A stretch of 64,000 bases of DNA from Octopus vulgaris (lineage: Eukaryota): contig OX597841.1 in the NCBI GenBank assembly GCA_951406725.2, positions 13,454,001-13,518,000 on the forward strand, in the 5' to 3' direction. Below, piece by piece: positions 29,052 to 43,300 of the stretch. Positions within the stretch are counted from its first letter, which is position 1. Each line of letters starts with the position of its first letter. The position numbers and the translations under genes are program-made. The notes under the pieces were generated by a model that was given only the letters and a program-made list of their open reading frames with translations, ran no database searches and had not been told where the DNA came from.

Positions 29052-31665
29052 GTTATTATTATTATTATTTCACCTGTTGCTAAGTTCTGAGTTAAAATTC
29101 TACTGAGGTCAACTTTGCCTTTCATCCTTTAGGGGTTGATAAATTAAGTACCAGTTACACACTGGGGTCGATGCAATCGACTAGTCCCCTCCCCTAAATT
29201 TCAGTTCTTGTGCCTATAGTAAAAGGGATTATTATTTTTATCATCATTAGGGCAGCAAGCTGGCAGAATCGTTAGCACGCTGAACGAAATGCTTAGCAGT
29301 ATTTCACCCATCGCTGTGTTCTGGGTTCAAATTCTGCTGAGGTCAACATGGCCTTTCATCCTTTTGGGGTTGATGAATTAATTACCAGTGAAACATAGGG
29401 GTCGATGTAATCGATTAGACCCTTCCTTCAAAATTTCAGGCCTTGTGCCTATAGTAAAAGGGATTATTGTTCTTATAGTGATGGTAAAAAGGACCTTTGT
29501 GACCCCTGCAGATGGTTAAAAGCTCTCAGGTTTTAGACAAAGCAATCTGTTAATTGAACCATTAATTGGACCATTAATTAATTATATCAGTATCAATGAA
29601 ACAGGTTTGCCCTGCATTGAGAGCAAATCCCTGCTAGAGCAGAAAAGGTTGCAAATATATGAAGTGAAACCCCAGATGTATGTTGATGTCTTTTTTAAAA
29701 TAAAAAATGAAGTCCCTTTCTTCGTCACCTTATCACCTCTCTCCGCAGCATCATTCTATGTACTCTCTATGTTTCTGTTACAGAAAAAGGCTAAAGACCA
29801 TTTGGGCATCGAAGGTGACGAGGTGTCCTCCATGTACGAAGACAGGGTCACCCCTGCCCAGTAAGTGAAAAATCTTTTTTTTATTTTGAAACTTGCAGTA
29901 TCGCCCGGCGTTGCTCGGGTTTGTAAGGGAAATAACTATATAAGCATTTTTAGAGAGTTACTTCCCTTATATAACCCGAGCAAAAATCATTAAAAATGCG
30001 CGAAAATGATGGTAAATTTTTTTTTAAACCATAGACTCATCGTAGACGCGTGTTAATACCCAGAAGGGCTCCATATGAATGACGACTATAAGATACCCGC
30101 TTTTGGTGAAACTGCACTGCAAAATGTGGGAGTAGTTAAGGAATCTAAATCGGAGGAGACAGTCTCACACACACAACTTCAATTTTATATATAAAGATGA
30201 ATTATTATTATCATTATCATTAAGGTTGGGAGCTGACAAAATTGTCAGCACACTGGGTAAAATGCTTAGCAGCGTTTTGCCTGTCTTTATGTTCTGAGTT
30301 CAAATTCTGCCAAGATCAAGTTTGCCTTTCATCCTTTTGGGGTCGATGAATTAAGTATCAGTGAAACACTGGGGTCAACGTAATCAACTTGCCCATCCCC
30401 ACAAAATTTCAGGCTTTGTGCCTTTAGTACGAAGGATTATTATTATTATTATTAGGAAGGGCATCCAGCTGTAGAAACACTGCCAGATCTGACTTGCAGC
30501 CTTTTTATTATTATTATTATTATCATGCTGCATGGAAAACGGACATTAAACAATGATGATGATGATTATCATTGAGAGAGCAGAGCATGCCATCAAAGTG
30601 ACACTGGGGTACAAATATACGAAGCCCAGTATACCCATCATGACTACCCGTTTGATAAGAGTACACCAGGCATGTGCATCACAACCATATGCACGCAACA
30701 TGGTTACTTCAAATCAAGGTTATCAGCGCATGACCCTGTAGGGTGGGGTGTCCCAGTTAGAATTTTCTTCTGGTCGAGTAATCCATCCCGCTCAAAATGT
30801 CCCTGAATAAGGTTTGTTTGAGGATGTTGAAAGAACCACCCATGTTTCCAAAGGTGAATTATTCAAACCCCAAAAAATCCCTCTCAATACATGGCTATGA
30901 TGCTCCCCCACTACTTCTGCTCATGGTCAGAGATTCACATATCGTCAGCCACCAAGGGACATAATCAACTGGTTAAGGTCAAACAACTGACAAGCAAATC
31001 TGTGGTATTGAGCAGAATATTTGCTGTTGCCCAAATTTTTTACCAAAGCTTGCTTATGAACCATATGGTTCCAGGTTCAGTCCCACTGCGTGGCACCTTG
31101 GGCAAGTGTATTCTACTATAGCCCTCAGAACTACATTAAAGGGTATGTGTGTCTGTGGAGTACTCGACCAGTTGTACATTAATCTTACAAGCAGGCTGTT
31201 CTGTTGATCTGATCAACTGGAACTGACGGTGCCAGTTTAGCTACATCCCTGAATGTAGGAGTGGCTGTGTGGTAAGTAGCTTGCTTATGAACCATATGGT
31301 TCCGGGTTCAGTCCCACTGCATGGCACCTTGGGCAAGTGTCTTCTACTATAGCCGCGGGCCGACCAAAGCCTTGTGAGTGGATTTGGTAGACGGAAACTG
31401 AAAGAAGCCCGTCGTATATATGTATTTATATATATGTTTGTGTGTCTGTGTTTTTCCCCCCAACATCGCTTGACAACCGATGCTGGTGTGTTTATGTCCC
31501 CGTAACTTATCGGTTCGGCAAAAGAGACCGATAGGAAAAGTACTAGGCTTACAAAGAATAAGTACTGGGGTTGATTTGCTCGACTAAAGGCGGTGCTCCA
31601 GCATGGCCACTGTCACATGACTGAAACAAGTAAAAGAGTAAAGAATAAGAGTAATATTTACCTGT

Positions 31666-31702
<37 letters not shown>

Positions 31703-34700
31703 TGTTTCTCTAACGAATCTCCATATTTTGTTGTTTTTCCTTCCTCAGAGCCTTTATCATTAAACATGTTGATTCTAAAGTCGATCACCCAAGTTCGGGC
31801 AACGTAGCTATTCCCGCTGTCATCCGTGATGCTATGCCTGAAGGTGGCACGATTTCTGTCGGCACATTTGGTCGTGCCGAATTTGGTGAAACCTCCAGTC
31901 CTATGTTCCCGGGACAAGCTCCAGTTCAGGTGAGCATTTTATTATTATTATTATTATTGTTATTATTATTATCATTATCATATCCTGAAGGATTCAACAG
32001 ATACATTTACATTAGGTCTGATCAAAAAGTATCAGGATTGTTGCTATTCCAAGAGAGTTAAAATACACAGAGTGAACTCCCTTGGCACAGATTGACCTTG
32101 AAGTGTGTTGCATATGCACACAAAGTTGTAATGTTCTTGCTTGCTTCTGTGGTTTTTAGCAATGCTTGGAAGTAAAGTGTGTAGAGTGTGGTTGTCTCGA
32201 AAAGAAGATCAGGTTTCTGCACGGCAGGGTCTCTATGACTGTGTCAAGGCAGATGAGAACTTTTTGAAAATGGTCATAACAGGTGATGAATCGCAATGAC
32301 TTGTGGGTCTATGGCTATGACCCCCAAAGCCAAGGTTCGGTCTTCACTGTGGAAGGGCCTCCAACAAGATTTCAAGACTTTGAGGAGGTCCAAGATTAGG
32401 GCTCAGCTATGCAGGATCTCCTTGATTGTGTTGAAGAAGATGAAAAATTTTCAAAAACAGTGGTAACAGGGAACGAATCCTGGGTCTTTGGCTTTGACCC
32501 TGAAACCAAGGCAAAAATCAAATCCGACTTGAGAGGAACAAGATTTCAAGACATCGAAGGAACCCAAGAGAATGCAGCAAGGCAGCTGCTTGGTTTCCCC
32601 CAAAAAAAAAAGGAGTTCCAGAAATGCTTCTGTCAATGGAAACGGGGCTGGATAAAGTGTCTGGCTTCAAAAGGAGATTATTAATGAGACCACATCATCA
32701 TCATCATCGTTTAACATCCGCCTTCCATATACATTTTGGCATCATCATCATCATCATTGTTTAATGTCTGCTTTCCATGCTAGCATGGGTTGGACGATTT
32801 TGACTGAGGGCTCGTGAACCAGATGGCTGCACCAGGCCCCAATCTTGATCTGGCAGAGTTTCTACAGCTGGATGCCCTTCCTAATGCCAACCACTCCATG
32901 AATGGAGTGGGTGCTTTTTACATACCACCGGCACAGGGGCCAGTCAGGCGGTATTGGCAACGACCTCGCTCGAATCTTTTTACACATGCCACTGGCACAG
33001 GTGCCAGTAAGGCGACGGTAACGATCATGCACAAAGTAAGCCCTTTTACGTGCTACTGGCACGGAGCCAGTTGGCTGCTCTGGCAGTGATCACGCTCGGA
33101 TGGTGCTCTTGGCACCCTGCTAGCACAGGCACAAGTGCCAGTAAGGCAACACTGGTAACGATCACACTCGAATGGTGCCCTTTTATGTGCCACTGGCACG
33201 GAAGCCAGTTAGCCGCTCTGTCAACGATCACACTTGTATGGTGCTCTTTTGTTGATAAAGGACACTGGATAAAGTTTGTGACTTCAAAAGGGGACACCTT
33301 CAAATGCCGAACTGATCTGGGGTTGCAGTTTTGTCTTTATGGCACCAATTCCGTTACTTTCTCATCTAACTTGTATCTGATCCATCTGCATATTTTATTC
33401 TGATCTGTTAAACTTATTTCTCTATTTCAGAGTCAGAGTGTCCGCGAAGTTATCCTTAGTAAGGCCCAGAAGGCCCTATTAACCACTATTAAGGAGGGGT
33501 TGGATAATATTGACTATGCTAGAACTGAGCTTGCGAAAAAAGCTGATTTGCCTGAGCTTGGCTCTGATGCGGTAAGTAATTCCAGGAAGAATTAATTTCA
33601 ATTTGGCTTCTTTTTTGGGTATTTAACCCTTTAGTATTTAAACCGGCCATATCCGGCCAAAATATTTCATCTGCTTTATGTTCAAACTGACCAGATCCAG
33701 GCTCTCACACCTACCCTACAATGTTATTCTACATTAAGTAATTACACCATCAAGATCTTGATGGAGTGGCTGTGTGGTAAGTAGCTTGCTAATCAACCAC
33801 ATGGTTTCGGGTTCAGTCCCACTGCATGGTATCTTGGGCAAGTGTCTTCTGCTATAGCCTCGGGCCGACCAAAGCCTTGTGAGTGGATTTGGTAGACGGA
33901 AACTGAAAGAAGCCCGTCGTATATATGTGTATATATATATATATATTTGTGTCTGTGTTTGTCCCCCTAGCATTGCTTGACAACCGATGCTGGTGTGTTT
34001 ACGTCCCCGTCACTTAGCGGTTCGGCAAAAGAGACCGATAGAATAAGTACTGGCGGTGCTCCAGCATGGCCGCAGTCAAATGACTGAAACAAGTAAAAGA
34101 GTATACGAGATAATGCCTGATTAATCCAAATCAATGGGAATCAATAGGCATTATGTTTGATTGAATAATCTGAACACTAAAGGGTTAAGTTGAATCTGTT
34201 GGTTTTAGTTCAGTTTTGGGAGCCAGAGACCATTTCCACAGGAGTGTCATCACCAGGGAAATTTAACCCCTTTTAGGCTTTTAAACAGGCCACATCTAAC
34301 CTAAATCTCTTGTTTTATATTCAAACTGGCCTGATCGGGCCTCTCATACCTACTCTACAATGCCATTTTAAAAAATAATCTCATTATTGAAATCTCAAAT
34401 CTACAAGATGAATAGATAAGCGTTACATTTGGCAGAGTAACCTGAATGCTAAAGGGTTAAAATAGGGACCCCATGAGCTAGTGAGGGAGCTTGTGTATAG
34501 TCACTTGATGTTACATAATCTAACAGCCAAATCTCTCCCTCAACAAACTCCCTACAGGTGAGGCTCCATACCTTTGTAATTACCTCCACCAAGGAAGGAG
34601 GTTATGTTTTCATCGGCATTAGTTTGTCCGTCTGTCTGCAAAATAACTCAAAACGTTGTGAACGGTATTTGACGAAACTTGCTGGAAAAGTTGGTAATGA

Positions 34701-37250
34701 CACAAGGAACAGATGATGAAATTTTGGTAGTGATCCGGGAATTTTTATGGATTCTTGAAGGATTTTTCATTTGTTATATTTACTTTACATGAAGTATTAC
34801 AATGTCACGTTCTTTGATTATCTTTTCTTCGTGGTTTGTTTTGTTTTGTTTTTTCTTATCCGTTTCTTTTCTTTATTCTTCATGTCCTCCAGGCTTCAAA
34901 GAAATGGGCTGAGAACGAGTTAGATCTTTCGAAGCAAAAGGTCACCGCGCAGTTGTCAGCTATGGGGGCCGCTACCGCACAACTTGTGAGTCTCACTAAT
35001 GTCCAGGAAGAGCACGATGCCACAGCACTCGGAGCTGCAATCCATACAATGTGAGTGGTTGTGGTTGTGTTTTGTCCCCTGCCATCTTCCCCTCTTCTCC
35101 TTCTGGGACAGCATCCTTCCCCTTCATCATCATCATCATCATCATCGTTTAACATCCGTTCTCCATGCTAGCATGGGTTGGACGGTTCAACTGGGGTCTG
35201 GGAAGCCAGAAGGCTGCACCAGGCTCCAGTCTGATCTGGCAATGTTTCTACGGTTGGATGCCCTTCCTAATGCCAACCAATCCGTGAGTGTAGTGGGTGC
35301 TTTTTACGTGCCACCCGCACAGGTGCCAGGGGAGTCTGGCATCGGCCACGATCGGTTGGTGCTTTTAACATGCCACCGGCACAGAAGCCAGTCGAGGCAG
35401 CGCTGGCATCGGCCAAATGAAAATATCATCATTGGGCCAACTCCAGTTTGAAGCTGTACCTCTTTGCAATAGTGTGTGTAAATGTGTGTATATATGTTTG
35501 TGTGTTTATGTGTGTGCTTGTATAGGTACAGTAATACTTGGTGTTGTAGTGAAATGGTTCACCCCTTCATCATCATCGTTTAACGTCTGCTTTCCATGCT
35601 AGCATGGGTTGGACGATTTGACTGGGGTCTGGCGAACCAGATGGCTGCACCAGGCTTCAATCTTGATCTGGCAGAGTTTCTACAGCTGGATGCCCTTCCT
35701 AACGCCAACCACTCCGAGAGTGTAGTGGGTGCTTTTTACATGCCACCGGCACGGGGGCCAGTCAGGCGGTACTGGCAACGGCCACGTTCGAATCTTTTTA
35801 CACATGCCACCGGCACAGGTGCCAGTAAGGCGACGCTGGTAACGATCCCATATGACAAATGGTTCTGCTCAATCTTCAGAACTCAAAACCACAATTCACA
35901 TCCAGCCATCCAGATACACACACACACACACACACACTCTCTCTCTCTCCCCATACACACACCTTTATTCCAGTGTAAAGAAACTATATTTTTCCTCCAT
36001 GTTTTAACATTGTCTTCTTTTGTTTTTTTTCCTTCCCCTGACCACGATGCCATTTTCAGTTCTTCAAACATGAACGAGTTTTCACACGATGTTCGTATGC
36101 TGGCCGCACTGCAGGGGGAAGGCAGTGGTAACAAGTTACTGGATGCTGCCAAGCTTCTAGCTGGTGCCTTCTCTGATCTCCTCAATGCAGCGCAACCAGG
36201 AACAAGAGGGGTAAGCTCCATTCTTTTTTACATTGAATATTGCTTGTGTTAATCTGTCGTTAATCTTGTATAATTGTTTTTTTAATCCAGCTCCATTGGG
36301 ATTTATCTATTTTAATATATGTGTATATCTGTTTTGCTTTCAGCCGAACCAGAATATAGTGACAGCTGCCCACAAGGTGGGTGATGCTAGCCATGACATT
36401 ATGAAGGGTGTCGCAGAAGGTGGAGAACTGGACCATTCCTTCCAAGTAAGTCTACAATAACATCATCCATGTAAACATTGCTTACACACCTCATACATGC
36501 TGTTAAAATTATTTGTTACTGCTGGCTGTGTCTTCCATGTATGGAGGGAAACATATGGCCATTTGTAACAAATCATTTCAAGTTCACGTAAAAACATTCT
36601 TGATGTGAAGCCCCATCTTGAGTTCTTTGAGAATAGCTTCTTGGTCATAGCTGGTCTTTCATGTGTGTGTGTGTCTATACATATATATGGATATATAGAT
36701 GAGTAAGAGAAAATGGAATGAATAGTATTCCTTATTTCAAATCTCTTCAATTGTTATATTGAAAAAGCACATTTGGCCAAATTTTGACATACGGCAGTTT
36801 AACATAATAGCAACAATATATAATATAATTTAACTCGACAGCTGTTTCTGGTAGCTCAGAATTACATAATAATTGTTAATGTTCATAATTAGCAGATGGA
36901 ATGTGCAAAAAGTTAAGGCTATGCGACCAGCTAGACAGGCTTCCTTCATCAGGAGAATATATCTATGTACATATATCTATATATATATATATTTATGTAA
37001 CTGTGTATTTAAACTTTTCTTTGTGTGATGCAGGACACTCTATTGGCCTTGGCAAAAGCTGTTGCCAACGCTACGGCAGCACTGGTCCTGAAAGCCAAAG
37101 ATGTGTCTCGCAAGTGTGAAGACCAGGCTCTTCAGAACAAGGTGATCAATTCGGCGACCCAGTGTGCCCTGGCAACATCTCAACTTGTTGCCTGTGCCAA
37201 GGTAACATCAATACACTTTCTCTTTTTCTCTCTCCTCCTGTGTCTCTTTG

Positions 37251-37308
<58 letters not shown>

Positions 37309-40300
37309 CTTTCTTTTGCCCTCTTTTTTCTCTCCCTCCCCTCTTTCTCTTCCTCCCCTTCTCTCCCCCTCTCTCTCTTCTATCTCTCTCCTCTTTCTCC
37401 CCTTCTCTCCCCCTCTCTCTCCTCTCTCTCCCTCTCTCCCCTCTATTTTTCTCTCCGCTCTCTCCAATCTCTCTTCCTCTTTCCACCTCCTTCAATCTCT
37501 CTCTCTCTCCCTTTTCTCTCCCCTCTCCCTGTCCCCTTGTCTCCCCTCTCTCCAATCTCTCCCTCTTGTCCCTTTCAAACTTCCACCTTTTCAAAGTTTG
37601 TTTTACCTTTTTTCTTTGTTTTTCTTCTCATACTTTTGTTTATTTCACAACTCATCAACATTGTCATTATCATCATCTTTAACCCTTTTGATACCAACCC
37701 ACCTGTGACCAACACTCCTGCTTCCTTTTCCAAAGGTGACCAAAATTCCAAGTTAATTAATGTTCCAAACACCGTTTTAATTACGACAAATTCATTTTAC
37801 TAAATTCTTTATTTTTGAAATTAAGACAAAAGCAGGAGTTTAGCAGAAATATGATAAAAAAAAAGGGGATTAACCTGGGATAAATTCTTTTGATACCAAT
37901 CCACTTAAGACCATCACTTCGTCTTTCCTAGGACTAAAAGATAAATTATCCACATCATCGTCATTATTATCCTCTGTGCCCCATTGTTCCCACCATGACC
38001 ACCTCCACATCATCATCACTATCATTGTCATTATCATGACAAACATCATCATCGTCATCACTTTTATTGAGTGCACCCCCCCTCTTCCGCTCAATCCATT
38101 TCTGCTTTTTCAGTTGTTGCTTTTATCTTTTTTCAGGTTGTTGCACCAACAATCAGTAACCCAGCCTGCCGCGACCAGTTGTTCGATGCAGCGAAACAAG
38201 TTGCAAATTCTGTGGATGGAATCGTTGAGGCTGCAATGGTAAGAATTGGAATTTGGTCTGGAACTCAATGTGTGTGTGTGTGTGTGTGTGTATAGATATA
38301 TCTGTAAACATTCCTGCCAGTTATGAAGCAGTTCCAAAAAGGCTAACATCTGGCCATTGAGCAGGCCAGGAGCTGGTCTTGGTTGTCAAAGGCTATTTGA
38401 AACGCACACCTTATGAGAATATTTTCTATGTAGTGGGAATTTATCCCCGCAACCATCCCCAGCTACAACGACCTTGGGACATCAAGAATGAAGATGCAGC
38501 ATCATGTTTGTTCTGATGTCTTTTCTTATTAAAACACCGAAAATAAATGGTGATCTACCCTGGATTTACAAATTGTATTTATCACAAGAAATGATCGACA
38601 TATATGGATTTCCATGGTACAAACTCAACAATTTAGCTGGTTGGATTCTTTTTCCACAAAGCACTTAAAGAGATGTTTGCTTCATCATCATCATCATTGT
38701 CGTTTAACATCCGTTCTCCATGCTAGCATGGGTTGGACGGTTCAACTGGGGTCTGTGAAGCCGGAAGGCTACACCAGGCCCAGTCAGGTCTGGCAGTGTT
38801 TCTATGGCTGGATGCCCTTCCTAACGCCAACCACTCCGTGAGTGTAGTGGGTGCTTTTTACGTGCCACCCGCTCAGGTGCCAGACGGAGCTGGCAAACGG
38901 CCACGAACGGATGGTGCTTTTACGTGCCACCGGCACGGGGGCCAGGCGAGGCTGGCAACGGACACAAACGGATGGTGCTTTTTACGTGCCACCGGCACGA
39001 GGCCAGTCGGGGCAGCGCTGGCAACGGTCATGAGAATATTTTCTATGTAGTGGGAATCTATCCCCACAACCATCCCCAGCTACAACGACCTTGGGACATC
39101 AAGAATGAAGATGCAGCATCAGTGATTTATTTATGTCTTTTCTGACGTCTTTTCTGATTAAAACACCAAAAATAAATGGTGATCTACCCTGGATTTACAA
39201 ATTGTATTTATCACAAGAAGTGATCGACATATATGGATTTCCATGGTACAAACTCAACAATTTAGCTGGTTGGAGTCTTTTTCCACAAAGCGCTTAACCC
39301 TTTAGTATTTAAACCGGCCATATCCGGCCAAAATAACTAATCTGTTTTATGTTCAAACTGACCAGATCCAGGCTCTCACACCTACCCTACAATGTTATTC
39401 TACATTAAGTAATTACACCATCAAGATCTTGAAGATATGAGATAATGCATGATTAATTCAAATCAATGGGAATCAATAAGCATTATCTTTGATAGAATAA
39501 TCTGAACACTAAAGGGTTAAAGAAGCGTTTGCTTGATTTATTAAATGCAGTCTAACAAGATATCAAATACTGACCTGCATGGGATAGCCTGATGATTTGG
39601 GAGACCGTTGTATTGTAACGCATTTCATAACCTTATAGATATCACACATCTTGCATAACTGAAAGTACAATGTTATGTCTCAATAAAACCTGTTAATGAA
39701 GCTTTGTAGCCAGATCATATAATCCATTCGTGGGTGGGATTATTATTAAATCTGTTAAACCCTTTTGTTTTTGTTTTTTGTTTCCAGTTTGCCTGCAAAG
39801 ATGAGCATCTGCTGAGCGATTTAGGAGAAGCAGCAACAGCAGTTACCAAGGCACTTAATGATCTCCTTCAACATGTCAAGATGGGGACAGGCAGTGGTGA
39901 GGTCAGTACCAATACTACCGTTATTTCTACCACTACCGTAACTATTGCTGCTACTACTACCACCACTATTAATACTATCACCACCATACTACTACCACCA
40001 CCATCACCACCACACTATTATCACTACTGCTACCACCACCACCACTACTACTACTACTACCACAACTACCACCACCACAACACCACCATCACCACCACAC
40101 TATTATCACTACTGCTACCACTACTACTACTACCACCACTACTACCCTACAACTTCCATTATTACTTCTACAACACTACTACCACTACTACTACTACCAT
40201 AGCTATTGGTACTACTGTAACTGTTACCACCACCATTACTACTATCACTACTACTACTACTACTCTTTCTCTCATTCCTCGCTTGCATCTGTTTTTGTAT

Positions 40301-43300
40301 TATTCTTTCCCTATTGTCAAAAACCCCTTGTAAGGGCCAGTGGTTTTTCAAAGTTACAAATACCAGGGACCCAGAACCACCAAAAAAAAAAAGAAAGACA
40401 AGACATTAGTAAAATTTTTATAGACCCATCCAGCTGCCCCCCACACACATACACACTTTAGACCCCTCTAATGAGTCCTTTCTTGTTGTTTCCTCCAGCT
40501 GGGTCCCATCTTTTAGACCCCTCTAGCTTGGGTTCCTTCTTGTAAATTCCTCCAGTTGGGTCACATCCTTTAAACTCCTCCAGCTGGGTCCCCTCTTTGG
40601 GACCCCTCTAACTGGCTCCCTTCCTGCAAATCCCCCCAATTAGGTCACCTCCTTTAGACTCCTCTAGCTGGTTCCTCTCATACAGATCCTGCTGGCTGGG
40701 GACCCCTCTTTTAGACTCCTCTAGCAAGTCCCTTCCTGCAGATCCCTCCAACTGGGTCCCATCATATAAACCCTTCCAGTTAGGTCCCATTCCTGCGGAT
40801 CCCTCTATCCGGGTCCTGTCTTGCTGACTCCTCTTATTGGATCCCTCTAGCTGAGTTCCTCTTTTAGGCCCTTCTGGCAGGTCCCTTCCTGCAGATCCCT
40901 CTAATTGGTTCCCTTCATACAGACCCATCCAGCTAGTTCCCTTCCTGCAGATCCATCCATCAGGGTCCCTCTAATTGGTTTCCTTCATACAAACCCCTCT
41001 AGCTACGTGTACCCCTATTGAGTACCCATTGTTTAATGTCATGATCTCTGTATTCCAGGGTGGCCAGAATGAACAAGCTGTTGACACCATACTAACAGCA
41101 ACAGACCGACTTTTCAGCAGTGTCGGTGATGCGCACGAGATGGTGAAACAAGCGAAAATGTTGGCACAGGTAACGTCCAGAAATTCTATCCTTATATGGG
41201 CATAACATGTCTCACACACACACACACACATCATCATCATCATCGTTTAACGTTCGTTTTCAGCACTAGCACGGGTTGGACGGTTCGACCGGGGTCTGGG
41301 AAGCCAGGGGCTGCACCAGGCTCCAGTCAGATCTGGCAGTGTTTCTACAGCTGGATGCCCTTCCTAACGCCAATCACTCTGCGAGTGTAGTGGGTGCTTT
41401 TTATGTGCCACCTACACAGGTGCCAGGGGGGGGTCCGGCATCGGCCATGATCGGTTGGAGCTTTTAACGTGCCAGCGGCACGGAAGCCAGCCAAGGCGGC
41501 GCTGGCAACGGCCACATTCGGATGGTGCTTTTTATGTGCCACCGGCACAGAAGTCAGTTGGGGCAGCGCTGGTATCGGCCACGTTCGGATGGTGCTTTTT
41601 ATGTGCCACCGGCACAGAAGCCAGTCGAGTCAGCGCTGGCTACGGCCACGTTCGGATGGTGCTTTTTATGTGCCACCGGCACAGAAGTCAGTCGGGGCAG
41701 CGCTGGTATCGGCCACGTTCGGATGGTGCTTTTTATGTGCCACCGGCACAGAAGCCAGTCGGGGCGGCGCTGGCATCGGCCACGTTCGGATGGTGCTTTT
41801 TATGTGTCACCGGCATGGAAGCCAGTCGGGGCGGCGCTGGCTACGGCCACGTTCGGATGGTGCTTTTTATGTGCCACCGGCACAGGTATCACAACTACTA
41901 TTTCCATTGATATTTATTTTGATGTTCATGAACACACACATGCGCAATACAAACTTCGTTTTAAAGTGATCTGTATTAAAACCTTCTTCCATTAAAATTC
42001 CTCGTTAATTTACATTCCAAACATCAAACTTAATAATGAGTTATTTCACTAAACTTTTCCTTATGTTTCAATTTCTTTCTCTTTCTCTTTCAGGCAACTT
42101 CGCAACTGGTCTGTGCCATTCGATCCCAAGCGGAGTCCTACCAAGACACGGACATCCAGAAAAGACTGTTGGCTGCCGCTAAGCAACTAGCAGATGCCAC
42201 AGCCAAAATGGTGGAGGCTGCAAAAGTAAGCTATTGTTATTGTCATTCTATCAAAAAGGGAACGCAGGATCTCCTCGTTTATATTTTTGAATATAAAGAA
42301 AGGGTCCCATCCTTGAAATACTGAAACAGAAAGTGAAAATACAAACTTGTATCATTTCCTGTAATTTGTGTTGTTTTGGTTTTACAAGAGGCAGGTTGAG
42401 GTGATGGTGTCCGTATGTGATGCCCATGTGGCAGGGCTCTGTCTTACTGCCTAATGAAGTTGAGTACATCTTCTTCGATCCGTGACCACCACCACCAAAC
42501 GAACAGCATTGTGCCATTCATTTTGAATTAGCTTGTATATACTCTTTTACTCTTTTCAGTCATTTGACTGCGGCCATGCTGGAGTACCGCCTTTAATCGA
42601 GCAACTTGACCCCGGGACTTATTCTTTTTGTAAGCCCAGTACTTATTCTATTGGTCTCTTTTGCCGAACCACTAAGTAACGGGGACATAAACACACCAGC
42701 ATCGGTTGTCAAGCAATGCTAGGGGGACAAACACAGACACACAAACATACACACACATATATATATATACATATATTACGACAGGCTTCTTTCAGTTTCT
42801 GTCTGCCAAATCCACTCACAAGGCGTTGGTCGGCCCGGGGCTATAGCTGAAGACACTTGCCCAAGATGCCACGCAGTGGGACTGAACCCGGAACCATGTG
42901 GTTGGTTAGTAAGCTACTTACCACACAGCCACTCCATAACACGCGTATGCACACATACAGACATTCATACGCATGTGCATGATTGATGTGATGTCAGTAT
43001 CCGTTTGTCTTTAATTGAACTGATTTTTAACCCTTTTCTTCCCATCTTCTTCTTCAGGGATGTGCCTCCAATCCGAACGATTCCAGCCAGCAAGGTAACC
43101 TTCGTATTGCAGCTGAAGAACTTCGCTCAGCCACCAATGCTGCTGCCAGCAACGCCCTGAAGAAAAAACTCATCAACAGATTAGAAGTAAATAAAATTAA
43201 CCTTCTTTCCTGTGTTAGCCCTGATTATATCTCGAAACATTACCCCAGTTATATTTATAGGTGTTAGCCCAGTACATCTCTAGATATTATGCCAGTGTGT

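Noticed and set aside
32409-32684. Functional mariner transposase
   Set aside because: Internally deleted, first catalytic Asp replaced (TGNES) and interrupted by SINEs; a fossil.
41455-41995. Three overlapping 150-166 aa ORFs; CRISPR-like periodicity
   Set aside because: 67-nt tandem units inside a SINE with no unique spacers, in a eukaryotic context.
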